64,000 nucleotides of DNA from Desulfosudaceae bacterium (GCA_963674745.2 CAXXDV010000003.1:160001-224000), one strand, 5' to 3'; shown: positions 28,830 to 39,222, counted from the first letter of the stretch. Program-made: numbers and translations. Notes: generated from the letters alone by a model not told the origin.

Positions 28830-30683
28830 ATGAATTCGGATAAATCGTTAACGTCATTGGCCCGGGCACTGACCGGTGTGGTCGGAATGGAGGCCTTCCG
28901 GGGATTTAACAAAACGTTTTTCAAGCAGATCGGGTTTGTTAATTTACTTAGAATTCTGGGCAGAACAACGGGCAGGGTGGGGATTCGAAAAACCGTTTCG
29001 GATCTGGCCGGATTTCACATGAGCGATGTGGCCGCCAATTTTTTTCTGTCCATGTGGGAGACCCTCGGCGATCGGGAGGCGGTTGTAGACGGCGACCGGC
29101 GGCTTACTTTTATGGATCTTCGTGACCGTGTCCTGAGGCTGGCCAATGCTTTTCAGGCCTTTGGCGTCAAGCCGGGCGATCGGGTCGGTTGCATGCTGTA
29201 TAACGGTGCTGAATTTTTTGAATGCTTTTACGCTGCCTGCCTGATCGGCACACCTTTTCCGCCGGTCAACTGGCATCTGGATGGTGAGGAGTTAAGGGGA
29301 ACCATCAATCTGCGCGCCCCCCGGGTGTTTATATTCGACAGCGCCTTTACCGACCGGGTCATGGCTTTAAAAGATGATCTCGGCTGTGTTGAGCGGTTTA
29401 TCATGGTCGGCGAAGGCACCCTTCCGCCCGGCGTGGAAAGTTATGAAGACATTATCCGGAGCAGTATGGCCAAAATGCCGGCCCAAACCAGTTTTATCGT
29501 TTCCATCAATCCTTATACAGGCGGCACAACCGGTACGCCCAAAAGCTCCAACCTTTATGACAGTCTCAGCTATCTGTTGAGTGATAAAGTAGAGGCACCA
29601 AGGGCTTCCTTCGCCGACTACCTGAAATATATGATCATGCAGTACAGTTATTTTTATTATTACGGCTGTGACACCATCCGGGATCCCGAATATGGTAATA
29701 TCCGGTCATTGGTCGTTACGCCGTTGTATCATGCCGGTACCGCCGCCGGATATGCGCCCTGTCTGCTGCTGGGCGCGACCGCCGTCATCATGAGAAAATT
29801 CGATCCCGAGGATTATCTGCGGATAATCGAAAAAGAGCGTATTTCCTATGCATTTGCGGTGCCCACGATTCTTCAGCGGATTCTGGCCCTGCCCGAAGAG
29901 GTGAAATCCAGATATAACCTGAGCACCATGCGCACGCTGATCAGTGCTGCGGCTCCCTGCCCGCCGGAGGTGAAGAATGCGATTAATGCGCTGTTCATGA
30001 AACAGGGCGCTGTGCAACCGGTTTTTCATGAATATTACGGCAGTTCCGAAAGCGCCGTGATTACCCTGTTGATACCGGCGGATTACCTGGAAAAGCCTTA
30101 CCGTGTCAACAGCGTCGGCAAAGCCCGTTGCGGGGATATCCTCATCTATGACGATATTAATGAAAAAGTCTGCGCGACGGGGGAAGAAGGGCTGGTCCTG
30201 GGAAGAACCGTCAGCACCATGTCCCTGAGATATCCCGGAACCGAGGAGAAACTGAAAGATAATCGTAAGATGGTCAACGGCCTGGAATGGTATGACGATA
30301 AGCTGATCGGTTATCTCGACAGCGACGGCTTTCTGTTTTTGACCGGCCGGGTCAAGGAAATGATCATTTCCGGCGGTGTCAATATCTTTCCCCTGGAGAT
30401 TGAAAATGTGCTCGTGAATTGTCCTGGGGTTGCCGATGTGGCCGTTATCCGGGGGCCTGACGCGGACCTTGGAGAGGTCCCCCTGGCCTGTGTCCAGTTG
30501 CAGGAGGGCGAATCAAAGACGGCTGATGAAATCCTCGATTTCTGCCGGGAACAGGGATTAAAGGGATTTAAAATTCCCCGGGAGGTTGTGTTTTATGACG
30601 AACTGCCGCGGCATATCGACGGTAAACTCATCAAGCGCAAGCTGGAAGAACCCTTCTGGAAGGATGTTCAACGGCGGGGTTGA
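28830..30683 (+). CDS. Acyl-CoA synthetase (AMP-forming, class I adenylate-forming enzyme)
   Basis: 'YTGGTTGTPKS', 'PLYH', 'YYGSSE', 'GRVKEMIISGGVNIFPLEIE', 'LPRHIDGK'. Confidence 0.9.
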   Translation: MNSDKSLTSLARALTGVVGMEAFRGFNKTFFKQIGFVNLLRILGRTTGRVGIRKTVSDLAGFHMSDVAANFFLSMWETLGDREAVVDGDRRLTFMDLRDRVLRLANAFQAFGVKPGDRVGCMLYNGAEFFECFYAACLIGTPFPPVNWHLDGEELRGTINLRAPRVFIFDSAFTDRVMALKDDLGCVERFIMVGEGTLPPGVESYEDIIRSSMAKMPAQTSFIVSINPYTGGTTGTPKSSNLYDSLSYLLSDKVEAPRASFADYLKYMIMQYSYFYYYGCDTIRDPEYGNIRSLVVTPLYHAGTAAGYAPCLLLGATAVIMRKFDPEDYLRIIEKERISYAFAVPTILQRILALPEEVKSRYNLSTMRTLISAAAPCPPEVKNAINALFMKQGAVQPVFHEYYGSSESAVITLLIPADYLEKPYRVNSVGKARCGDILIYDDINEKVCATGEEGLVLGRTVSTMSLRYPGTEEKLKDNRKMVNGLEWYDDKLIGYLDSDGFLFLTGRVKEMIISGGVNIFPLEIENVLVNCPGVADVAVIRGPDADLGEVPLACVQLQEGESKTADEILDFCREQGLKGFKIPREVVFYDELPRHIDGKLIKRKLEEPFWKDVQRRG

Positions 30684-30690
30684 CCCCGCC

Positions 30691-30903
30691 TTATCTGGCA
30701 TCTTCCAGGCCCTGGGTGGCCTTTTTGAGCCGGTCCTGAAGGTCTTTGGTCTGTTTATCGACTTCCCGAACAGTATCTTTGGCTTTGTGTACGGTATCCA
30801 TCCGCTGCACCCCTTCATCCACTTCGGTGGTCATGTTTTTTACCACCAGCAGGCCGACAATCAGCAAAGCAATCAGGGTAACGATTAAAAAAGCGCCGCG
30901 CAT
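30691..30903 (-). CDS. Small single-TM hypothetical protein with coiled-coil tail (70 aa)
   Basis: SD GGAG before ATG 30903. 'MRGAFLIVTLIALLIVGLLVVKNM'. Confidence 0.7.
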   Translation of the reverse strand: MRGAFLIVTLIALLIVGLLVVKNMTTEVDEGVQRMDTVHKAKDTVREVDKQTKDLQDRLKKATQGLEDAR

Positions 30904-30940
30904 TCTAGTCTCCTTTTTTTTCAGTAGGGTTTGATTCGCG

Positions 30941-33589
30941 TCATGACATGTCCGCGTCAATATGTCTGGTAATAATCGTATATAACTGCTCCATCCGGAA
31001 CGGTTTGGCAATGTAATCGTTCATTCCGGCTGCCAGAAATCTCTCCTTGTCGCCTTTCATGGCGTGGGCGGTCACAGCAATTATCGGAATCCGGTGGTTG
31101 ATAACGTTTGACTCCGGGCTGCGGATAACGTTGGTCGCTTCGATGCCGTCCATTTTGGGCATCTGGGCATCCATTAGTACGATGTCATAAATCGTCGTTT
31201 CAAGGGCATGGATTGCTTCTTTGCCATTGTTGACAATATCCACCTGAAAACCAAGCTTTTCAAGAATTCGGCTGGCCAACAACTGGTTGACGGGATTGTC
31301 TTCAACAATCAGGACGCGGTGGGTGGAATGCTTCTCTCTACGGCTATCGAGGATGGCCTTTTTTCCGGATTGTAAATCGGGATCATATGTTTCGTTCTCA
31401 TTGTAAAGAAGGGATATCAGGCAATTGAATAACTGGGAGCGCTTCAGTGGCTTGGTCAGCGTGGTGGTAAAGTTGTTTTTCTCTGAACCGGCCGGGTTTT
31501 GACGGCCGTAACCGGTTAAATGAACCAGTATGGTTTTGTCGATGAGCGGATCAGATTTGATTTTCTGGGCAACCGGGGTTACGCCCTCTTTGCTTATCCC
31601 GGCATCAATGATGGCCAGGTCAAAGGGCGCTGTCTCTTCGGCGGAACGCCTCAATAAGGATAAAGCCTGCTCCGCTTCGGTCGCGAGCCGGTGCCGACAA
31701 CCCCAGGATGACAGATAGCCTGAAAGGATGGCGCGCTCTTTTTCGTTTTCTGATATAATAAGAATTTTCTTGTCGCGGATATCAGCCGGTAGTGTTAACA
31801 GCCGTTTATCCGGCCCCGGCTGTTTTTCAAAAACGGCCGTAAACCAGAAGGCCGCACCTTTACCTTCCTGGCTTTGAACACCGATCTCACCGCCCATCAT
31901 GCTGACAATCTGTTTGGAAATAACCAGGCCCAGACCGGTCCCCCCGTATTCTCTGGTGGTGGAAGAATCGACCTGGGAAAAAGGTTTGAAAAGACGGTCC
32001 ATCCGGTTTTCGGGAATACCAATCCCTGTATCTGATATTGTAAATTTCAGTGTGGCCTGGGTGTCGGTCTCATGTCCCAATTCCACATGGATCGTAATGT
32101 CTCCCTTTTGCGTAAACTTGATGGCATTTCCGGTCAGGTTGATCAGGACCTGCTTGAGTCGGTGAGGGTCACCTATCAGAAAGGTCGGTGTGTTCGGATC
32201 AATGATATTATACATATCCAGGTGTTTCTGGTAAGCTTTTATGGCCAGTACGTCTCCGGCGGTTTCTATGGTTTTGATCAGGTCAAATTCAATTTTTTCA
32301 ATGGCCAGTTTGCCGGCCTCTATTTTTGAGAAATCAAGAATATCTTCTATGATTAACAGCAGAGAATCAGCGCTTTGTCTTATAATCTCAGCAAACTCCC
32401 GCTGCTCATCATCCATTTTCGAGTTCAGCAGCAGTTTGGCCATGCCGATGATCCCGTTCATGGGTGTTCGTATCTCATGGCTCATGTTGGCCAGAAAATT
32501 GCTTTTTGCCCTGGCTGCAAGTTCGGCTTCTTCTTTTGCTTTTCTTAATTCTTCCTCATAATGCTTCTGCTCGGAAATATCTCTGGAAAAATAGACCAGG
32601 CGTAACGGTTTATCCGTTTTCTCCCTGATGATATTGCCCGTCATCATGGCCGGAAATGTCGAGCCGTCCTTTCGTTTATGCCCGACTTCTCCGGAATACC
32701 CACCCCTTGATACGGCTCTATCATTAAACGGAATGAACTCATCGTTAAATTGTCTGTCCGTGTGGAAAAGTGAAATGTGACAGTCTTCGAGTTCGCTGGG
32801 CTTATAACCGTGCATGGCTGCCCAGGCATTGTTGGCAAATTTGATGGCGCCATAGGCGTTGGCCACGACAATACCGTCCATTGACTGTTCCATTGCTTTT
32901 TCCAGCATAAACGTCTGATCCAGCGGTCGGATGATAGAACGATTGATGATCAGGGAAGTGAAAAAAACCGAAACGGTTAAAACAATGATGAAAACGATTA
33001 GATTGCTGTATCGATGACGGATGCTGACGCCCCTGATGGATGCCAGTTCAGCATTGAGTTCATTAGAGAAAGAGTCGGCGAATATAACCAGTTCTTTCCG
33101 CAATTCACTATTCTGTCGGGAGAGTTGATGCGCTTTTTGATTGAATTGATCCGGCCGTATCACGTTGCCGGTATTGTCAAACATATGTGTCATTAACTGG
33201 GGGTAAAACTTCTGGGCGGATTCCGTGTAAGCCTTCCAGTGATTGAGAATAGCGACGGCTTCTTCGAGTTTCCGGGGCTCGATGTCCTGCAGGCCGGCTA
33301 CCCTTCTGATGGCCAGGGCCACCTTTTCGGCCATATCACTGGCGGATTCAAAGTAGGATTTTTCACCGATCAGCACGGCTTCTTTGTATTGTTTAACCTG
33401 TTCTTCAAAAGCCGAAAGCGCGGCCTGACTGTATTTGGCTGCGGGATAAATATATCCGGAAACCCTGTCCAGGCGTTGCTCTGTCTGCCGGCCGAGATAG
33501 AACCCGATGGAGATGGAAATGGAATAACCGATTACCAGTATGCTCAGGCTGAGCCAAATTTTTGTAGAAACACTTAACGGCTGGCGCAT
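30941..33589 (-). CDS. Hybrid sensor histidine kinase (periplasmic sensor, PAS, HisKA, HATPase, two REC domains)
   Basis: 'FLANMSHEIRTPMNG', 'NLTGNAIKFT', 'DTGIG', 'YGGTGLGL', 'VEDNPVN', 'LMDAQMPKMDG'. Confidence 0.95.
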   Translation of the reverse strand: MRQPLSVSTKIWLSLSILVIGYSISISIGFYLGRQTEQRLDRVSGYIYPAAKYSQAALSAFEEQVKQYKEAVLIGEKSYFESASDMAEKVALAIRRVAGLQDIEPRKLEEAVAILNHWKAYTESAQKFYPQLMTHMFDNTGNVIRPDQFNQKAHQLSRQNSELRKELVIFADSFSNELNAELASIRGVSIRHRYSNLIVFIIVLTVSVFFTSLIINRSIIRPLDQTFMLEKAMEQSMDGIVVANAYGAIKFANNAWAAMHGYKPSELEDCHISLFHTDRQFNDEFIPFNDRAVSRGGYSGEVGHKRKDGSTFPAMMTGNIIREKTDKPLRLVYFSRDISEQKHYEEELRKAKEEAELAARAKSNFLANMSHEIRTPMNGIIGMAKLLLNSKMDDEQREFAEIIRQSADSLLLIIEDILDFSKIEAGKLAIEKIEFDLIKTIETAGDVLAIKAYQKHLDMYNIIDPNTPTFLIGDPHRLKQVLINLTGNAIKFTQKGDITIHVELGHETDTQATLKFTISDTGIGIPENRMDRLFKPFSQVDSSTTREYGGTGLGLVISKQIVSMMGGEIGVQSQEGKGAAFWFTAVFEKQPGPDKRLLTLPADIRDKKILIISENEKERAILSGYLSSWGCRHRLATEAEQALSLLRRSAEETAPFDLAIIDAGISKEGVTPVAQKIKSDPLIDKTILVHLTGYGRQNPAGSEKNNFTTTLTKPLKRSQLFNCLISLLYNENETYDPDLQSGKKAILDSRREKHSTHRVLIVEDNPVNQLLASRILEKLGFQVDIVNNGKEAIHALETTIYDIVLMDAQMPKMDGIEATNVIRSPESNVINHRIPIIAVTAHAMKGDKERFLAAGMNDYIAKPFRMEQLYTIITRHIDADMS

Positions 33590-33957
33590 ATCTGTGTCTC
33601 GAGAACTTTTTTATAAATCATTTAACCGGCCCCAAAAGGGTTAAGGCGTGAAAAGAACGGTTTTGTGAAGTCCTAATAGTTTAATTCCGGGCTGTCGCAA
33701 TAAGCACGAATTGTTTAGTTTTTATAAAGAAAATAATAGCATGAATAATGACAATTATTCAAATATTTTATGCGGCAAGGCAGGCCCCGGAATGATTCGG
33801 GGTATAATTTTTAAATATATTTCAATCAGGACCGCTTAATTGGAAAAGCGGACATATCCCAAAAACAGTAAATAACACTTGACTTTTCCTCTTTGCTCAT
33901 GTACCAAACCATAAAATACGATCAAGGGTATATATTTTATATTAAATTGAAAGTGTC

Positions 33958-34044
33958 ATGAGCGTGCGTAACCGTATAGACAGATTCTATTTTTTTTATT
34001 TTTGGTATTATTATTTTAATACCGGTCTGTCTGTGGTGCGTTGA
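33958..34044 (+). CDS. Aromatic amino acid operon leader peptide (28 aa, MSVRNRIDRFYFFYFWYYYFNTGLSVVR)
   Basis: Translated by hand: ATG 33958 to TGA 34042-34044, with 11 consecutive F/Y/W codons at 33985-34017. Confidence 0.9.
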   Translation: MSVRNRIDRFYFFYFWYYYFNTGLSVVR

Positions 34045-34070
34045 ACTGAATTAAATAAAGAAAACAAAAA

Positions 34071-34110
34071 AAGCCGCGGGCGGATCGAACAAGCCCGCGG
34101 CTTTTTTTTT
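34071..34110 (+). terminator. Attenuator terminator (3:4)
   Basis: AAGCCGCGGGC-11 nt loop-GCCCGCGGCTT followed by a T9 run, about 45 nt before the first operon gene. Confidence 0.92.
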
Positions 34111-34156
34111 CGCGGGCGCCGGTCTTTTTGTCAGCGCGTGAACAGGAGGAAGGACC

Positions 34157-34960
34157 ATGACGATTTTGGGGAAAAAAATCAGGCTGGAGCGGTTGGTTAA
34201 CAGAAACACAGGCAGAACGGTGATCGTCCCTATGGATCACGGTGTATCGGTGGGCCCGATTGACGGGGTGACCGACATCCGGACCGCGGTGGGACTCGTG
34301 GCCGAGGGCGGTGCCAATGCCGTGGTGGAGCACAAGGGCCTGGTGCCCAAAGGACATCGCGGCGGCGGACGGGATATCGGTTTGATCATTCATCTGTCGG
34401 CTTCAACCAGCCTGTCTCCGACGCCGAACGCCAAGACCCTGGTCTGCACGGTTGAAGAGGCCGTCAAGCTGGGAGCGGATGGCGTGTCTATCCATGTCAA
34501 TATCGGCGATCGGGATGAAAAACAGATGCTGAAAGACTTCGGGAAAATCAGCGCTGATGCCCGGGAATGGGGAATGCCGCTGCTGGCCATGATTTATCCC
34601 CGGGGAGAGAAAATCAAAGACGAATATGATGTCCAGGTGATCAAACATGCCGCTCGCGTTGGAGATGAACTCGGGGCGGATATCGTCAAAGTCTCTTATA
34701 CCGGCGATGTGGATACCTTCCGACAGGTCGTGGCCGGATGTGCCATACCGGTGGTGATCGCAGGCGGACCGAAGATGGATTCGGACAAGGCCATTCTTGA
34801 AATGGTCAAAGGGGCCATTGACGCCGGTGGTGCGGGTGTGTCCATCGGCAGAAATGTTTTTCAACACGCCAATCCGTCCCGAATGGTGGCGGCTATCGCC
34901 GCAGTGGTGAATGAGGAGGCTGATGTCGATCAGGCGCTGAAAATGCTGAATCAATCTTAA
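34157..34960 (+). CDS. 2-amino-3,7-dideoxy-D-threo-hept-6-ulosonate synthase (AroA', DhnA-type class I aldolase)
   Basis: 'GKKIRLERL', 'VPMDHG', 'HLSAST', 'MIYPRG', 'ELGADIVK', 'GRNVFQ'. Adjacent to DHQ synthase II. Confidence 0.9.
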   Translation: MTILGKKIRLERLVNRNTGRTVIVPMDHGVSVGPIDGVTDIRTAVGLVAEGGANAVVEHKGLVPKGHRGGGRDIGLIIHLSASTSLSPTPNAKTLVCTVEEAVKLGADGVSIHVNIGDRDEKQMLKDFGKISADAREWGMPLLAMIYPRGEKIKDEYDVQVIKHAARVGDELGADIVKVSYTGDVDTFRQVVAGCAIPVVIAGGPKMDSDKAILEMVKGAIDAGGAGVSIGRNVFQHANPSRMVAAIAAVVNEEADVDQALKMLNQS

Positions 34961-34981
34961 TTTTCGGAAAGGTGGAGGACC

Positions 34982-35974
34982 ATGCGAAAAATATGGGTCA
35001 AGGTTGATCCCTGGGATAAAAAGATGGTGACAACCGCGCTGGAAGGGGGTGCCGACGGGATACTGGTACCACCGGGGTGTTCAGAAAAGGTCAAGGAACT
35101 GGGAAGGGTTGAAACCATTGCCGAGGACGGAGACCTTAAACTTGGTGAAGAGGTGGTTTTTTTTGAGATCACATCGAGCGACGATGAAGAAGAAATTATC
35201 CGTCTCTGCCGGGATAAAAAAGTGATTCTGCAATGTCCGGACTGGACCATTATTCCCCTTGAGAACCTGATCGCCAGGCAGGTGGATGTCATTACACAGG
35301 TGACCAGTGCTGATGAAGCGCGGACCGCGGCCGGTATTCTGGAAAAAGGCGTTCGGCACCTGCTGGTGGACGCGCCTGATCCGGTGGAATTAAAGAACGC
35401 CATTTCGGCCATCAGGGAAAAAGGGGATCAGACCCCGCTGCAGGTGGCCGAGATAACCGAAATCAGGGCGGTCGGCATGGGTGACCGGGTATGCGTTGAT
35501 ACCTGTACCGCTATGACGGAAGGGCAGGGAATGCTGGTGGGTAACAGCAGCGGGGCGCTTTTTCTGGTTCATTCGGAAAGTATCACCAATCCTTACGTTT
35601 CACCCCGTCCGTTTCGGGTCAATGCCGGGCCGGTCCACGCTTATACCCGGGTGCCCGGCGGGAAAACCCGGTATCTGTCGGAACTGTCCGCCGGGGACCG
35701 GATTCTGATCACAGATTACCAGGGCAAGACGACCGAGGGAGTGGTCGGCCGTTTGAAAATCGAGAAACGCCCGTTGATGCTGGTCAAAGCCGTTGTGGAG
35801 GGCAAGCCGGTTTCCACCATTGTTCAGAACGCGGAAACGATCCGCCTGACAGCCCCGGACGGCAAACCGGTTTCGGTTGTAGCACTCAAACCCGGAGATA
35901 GCGTGCTGGTGTCCATTGAGGCGGGAGGACGGCATTTCGGTTATAAAATCGAAGAGACGATTACGGAAAAGTAG
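34982..35974 (+). CDS. 3-dehydroquinate synthase II (AroB', archaeal type)
   Basis: 'GDRVCVDTC', 'GMLVG', 'RPFRVNAGPVHAY', 'YLSEL', 'KIEKRP', 'QNAETI', 'GRHFG'. Confidence 0.93.
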   Translation: MRKIWVKVDPWDKKMVTTALEGGADGILVPPGCSEKVKELGRVETIAEDGDLKLGEEVVFFEITSSDDEEEIIRLCRDKKVILQCPDWTIIPLENLIARQVDVITQVTSADEARTAAGILEKGVRHLLVDAPDPVELKNAISAIREKGDQTPLQVAEITEIRAVGMGDRVCVDTCTAMTEGQGMLVGNSSGALFLVHSESITNPYVSPRPFRVNAGPVHAYTRVPGGKTRYLSELSAGDRILITDYQGKTTEGVVGRLKIEKRPLMLVKAVVEGKPVSTIVQNAETIRLTAPDGKPVSVVALKPGDSVLVSIEAGGRHFGYKIEETITEK

Positions 35975-36016
35975 GCCCGGTAACGATGCCATGTCAATGC
36001 AGGATGGAAAATACTC

Positions 36017-37120
36017 ATGAACCGGAACAACACGGAAAAAACAGAAAAACGGATCGAAGATCTTCGCCGTGATATTGATGCTATTGATGTCAGAATCCTG
36101 GACCTTTTGAATGAAAGGATGGCACTTGCCCGGCAGATCGGTGAATGTAAGGCCGGAGCCGGACACGCCATTGTGGATAAAGCGCGCGAAGACAATCTGC
36201 TTAAAGCGTTATTGTCGCAGAATCCCGGCCCGCTGGATAATGAAAAACTGAAAAAAGTATTCAGTGAGATTATTGCTGCCGCCAGACAGGTCCAGGAGCC
36301 CCGTATCATATCTTACCTGGGCCCGGAGGCAACCTTTACCCATGTGGCCGCTCTGTCCTATTTCGGGAGATCCGACACATTGATCCCGCAACCCAGCATC
36401 AAGGACGTGTTTGACGAGGTGGAAAAAGGGGCCAGTCGTTACGGCGTGGTGCCGGTTGAGAATTCCATAGAGGGGGCCGTCAATCATACCCTGGACCTGT
36501 TCCAGGAGTCGGATCTGCAGATCTGTGCCGAAGCGTATCTGGTTATTTCCCATGACCTGCTGTCACTTTCGGGGGAGCTGGATAAAATCAGGACGGTTTA
36601 TTCCCACCCGCAGACGTTCGCGCAATGCCGGCGCTGGCTGAATAAACATCTGCCGGAGGTGAGCCTGGTGGAATGCAGCAGTAACGCTCAGGCCGCGAAG
36701 ATGGCCATGGCATCGGATGAAACAGGCGCCATTGCCGGCCGGGAAGCGGGCAGGATTTACGGGTTGCAGGTCGTCGCCTCCCGGATTCAGGATGTCGTCC
36801 GCAACACCACTCGTTTTCTGGTTATCGGAAACGACCGGGTGCCCCGGACCGGTAACGACAAGACATCGATTATGCTGGTCACGGCCCATGTCCCCGGCGC
36901 CCTGTTCCAGGCCCTGGGTCCGATTTCCGAGGGCGGCATCAACATGCTGAAGCTGGAATCACGGCCGGCCAAGTATGAAAACTGGAGTTATGTGTTTTTC
37001 GTGGATCTTCTCGGCCATGCCAAAGACGAACCGGTCACGCAGACATTGGCCCTGATGAAGGACAGGTGCCAGTTCCTTAAAGTGCTCGGATCTTATCCCG
37101 TTGCGACGATAAAGGGTTGA
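36017..37120 (+). CDS. pheA: Chorismate mutase/prephenate dehydratase
   Basis: N-terminal CM domain 'LRRDIDAID', 'YLGPEATF', 'VPVENSIEG', 'SHPQ', 'NTTRF', ACT domain 'LESRP'. Confidence 0.95.
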   Translation: MNRNNTEKTEKRIEDLRRDIDAIDVRILDLLNERMALARQIGECKAGAGHAIVDKAREDNLLKALLSQNPGPLDNEKLKKVFSEIIAAARQVQEPRIISYLGPEATFTHVAALSYFGRSDTLIPQPSIKDVFDEVEKGASRYGVVPVENSIEGAVNHTLDLFQESDLQICAEAYLVISHDLLSLSGELDKIRTVYSHPQTFAQCRRWLNKHLPEVSLVECSSNAQAAKMAMASDETGAIAGREAGRIYGLQVVASRIQDVVRNTTRFLVIGNDRVPRTGNDKTSIMLVTAHVPGALFQALGPISEGGINMLKLESRPAKYENWSYVFFVDLLGHAKDEPVTQTLALMKDRCQFLKVLGSYPVATIKG

Positions 37121-37126
37121 CAGAGT

Positions 37127-37960
37127 ATGGATATTGATGCGGAAACAAGGGTTTATTGTGTCCTGGGGAATCCGGTGGCGCACAGCAAGGGACCGGTCAT
37201 GCATAATGCCGCTTTTGCCGCTACCGGTGTCAACGGTGTCTATGTCGCCTTTGCGGTGACGGATATTGCCGGCGCGGTTAAAGGGCTGCGCGCGCTGGAT
37301 GTGGGCGGCGCCAGTGTGACCATCCCCCACAAGGTCGATATCATGCCGCATCTTGACCTGGTGGATGAAGACGCCCTTCGTATCGGCGCTGTCAATACTG
37401 TTGTCAACCGGGACGGCCGGTTAATCGGGTATAATTCAGACTGGCGCGGCGCTGTCCGGGCGTTACAGGAGAAAACCCCGATCAGCGGGAAAAAGGTCAT
37501 GGTGGTCGGGGCCGGTGGCGCGGCCCGGGCGGTTGCCTACGGCATCATGAAGGAGAACGGCCGGCTGATCGTCGTCAACCGCACGGCAGAAAAAGCGAAA
37601 TCCCTGGCCAACGATTTCGAAGGGGAAGCGATGTCCCTGGTGGAAGCCGAATCATGCGACTGGGATATCCTGATCAATACAACGCCGATGGGGATGACGC
37701 CGGTAGATGATCTGTCTCCGGTGCCGGTCCACTGGCTTATACCGGGTCGGGTGGTCATGGATATCGTTTATAATCCTTTGATGACCCGGATGTTGAAAGA
37801 GGCCGCGGAACAGGGATGTGAAATCATCGACGGGGTTGCCATGTTTGTCTATCAGGGGGCTTATCAGTTCGAAGCCTGGACCGGTCGCCGGGCGCCGGTC
37901 GATAAGATGAGGCAGGCGGTACTGGCCGCTTTAAAAGAAAACAGGGAAGGTGAAATCTGA
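37127..37960 (+). CDS. aroE: Shikimate dehydrogenase
   Basis: 'GNPVAHS', 'VTIPHK', 'IGAVNT', 'GAGGAARA', 'NRT', 'DIVYNP'. Confidence 0.95.
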   Translation: MDIDAETRVYCVLGNPVAHSKGPVMHNAAFAATGVNGVYVAFAVTDIAGAVKGLRALDVGGASVTIPHKVDIMPHLDLVDEDALRIGAVNTVVNRDGRLIGYNSDWRGAVRALQEKTPISGKKVMVVGAGGAARAVAYGIMKENGRLIVVNRTAEKAKSLANDFEGEAMSLVEAESCDWDILINTTPMGMTPVDDLSPVPVHWLIPGRVVMDIVYNPLMTRMLKEAAEQGCEIIDGVAMFVYQGAYQFEAWTGRRAPVDKMRQAVLAALKENREGEI

Positions 37961-39222
37961 TGAAAGAAATCAAAACAGGAAAAATCAGAAGTTGTGCGGT
38001 GACCGTTCCGGGATCAAAAAGCTATACGCATCGATGCCTGATCGCCGCGGCGCTTTCCAACGGAATCTGCGAACTGGAGAATTGTCTGGACAGTGAAGAT
38101 ACCCGTTTGACCCGGGTATCGCTGGAAAAGATGGGGGTTGTCATTGAGGACCACAACGGGGCAACAGTCGTGCACGGTACCGGCGGCCGGTTGTCGCCTT
38201 GTGATGATCCGATATACCTGGGCAACTCCGGAACTTCCATGCGTCTTCTGACCGCAGTGGCGGCACTGGGGCAGGGCCCCTATGTGCTGACCGGTTCTGA
38301 AAGGATGACACAGCGGCCGATCGGTGACCTGCTTGACGGACTGAATCGTATCGGCGTTGATGCCCGCAGCCTGGAACACAACGGCTGTCCCCCGTTGTCT
38401 GTAGACGGGAAGAACATGGCCGGCGGGCACATTGATTTAAAATGCGGGCTCAGCAGTCAGTTTTTGTCCGCCTTGCTTCTTGTTGCGCCTTATATAAATG
38501 AAGGGCTGGATATCGCGGTTGTGGAAGGACCGGTTTCCAAGCCTTATATCGATTTAACGGTTACCATAATGGAAAAATACGGTGTGCGTCTGGAACGGGA
38601 CCGTTACGCCCGGTTCCGTGTTCCCGGTGGGCAATGCTATCAGAAAGGCCGATATGTCGTTGAGGCGGATGCCTCACAGGCCGGTTATTTCTGGGCCGCC
38701 GCCGCTGTAACCGGGGCAACCGTCAAGGTCCTGGGGATGTCTTCGGATTCACAACAGGGCGATATCCGCTTTCTTGAGGTGTTGGAGGCTATGGGCTGCC
38801 GGGTCGCGCATGAAGCCGACGGTATTTCCGTAACCGGCGGTAAACTGGTCTCGGTGGAGGTGGATATGTCGGACATGCCGGATATGGTCCCCACCCTGGC
38901 GGTTGTGGCGGCTTTTGCCAGAGGTTCCACGGTCATCAGGAACGTGGCACATTTAAAAGCCAAGGAAAGCGATCGTCTGGCCGTTGTGGCCAACGGGTTG
39001 AGCAAAATGGGTATTATCGCCATGAACGATAATGTCGGTTTGACGATTATCGGTGGCCGTCCATCCGGTGCCCGTATTGATCCTCACGATGATCACCGGA
39101 TCGCCATGAGCTTTGCCGTGGTCGGCCTGGTTACGCCGGGCGTCATTATTCTGGATGAAAATTGTGTGGAAAAATCGTTTCCCACATTCTGGCAGGTATT
39201 TGAAACCTTGTATGAATCCTGA
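37960..39222 (+). CDS. aroA: 3-phosphoshikimate 1-carboxyvinyltransferase (EPSP synthase)
   Basis: 'PGSKSYTHR', 'GNSGTSMR', 'SSQFLS', 'KESDR', 'DHRIAM', 'KSFP'. Confidence 0.96.
   Translation: MKEIKTGKIRSCAVTVPGSKSYTHRCLIAAALSNGICELENCLDSEDTRLTRVSLEKMGVVIEDHNGATVVHGTGGRLSPCDDPIYLGNSGTSMRLLTAVAALGQGPYVLTGSERMTQRPIGDLLDGLNRIGVDARSLEHNGCPPLSVDGKNMAGGHIDLKCGLSSQFLSALLLVAPYINEGLDIAVVEGPVSKPYIDLTVTIMEKYGVRLERDRYARFRVPGGQCYQKGRYVVEADASQAGYFWAAAAVTGATVKVLGMSSDSQQGDIRFLEVLEAMGCRVAHEADGISVTGGKLVSVEVDMSDMPDMVPTLAVVAAFARGSTVIRNVAHLKAKESDRLAVVANGLSKMGIIAMNDNVGLTIIGGRPSGARIDPHDDHRIAMSFAVVGLVTPGVIILDENCVEKSFPTFWQVFETLYES

Noticed and set aside
33985..34020. T-rich low-complexity tract as a simple sequence repeat
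   Set aside because: It is fully explained by the consecutive Phe/Tyr/Trp codons of the leader peptide.
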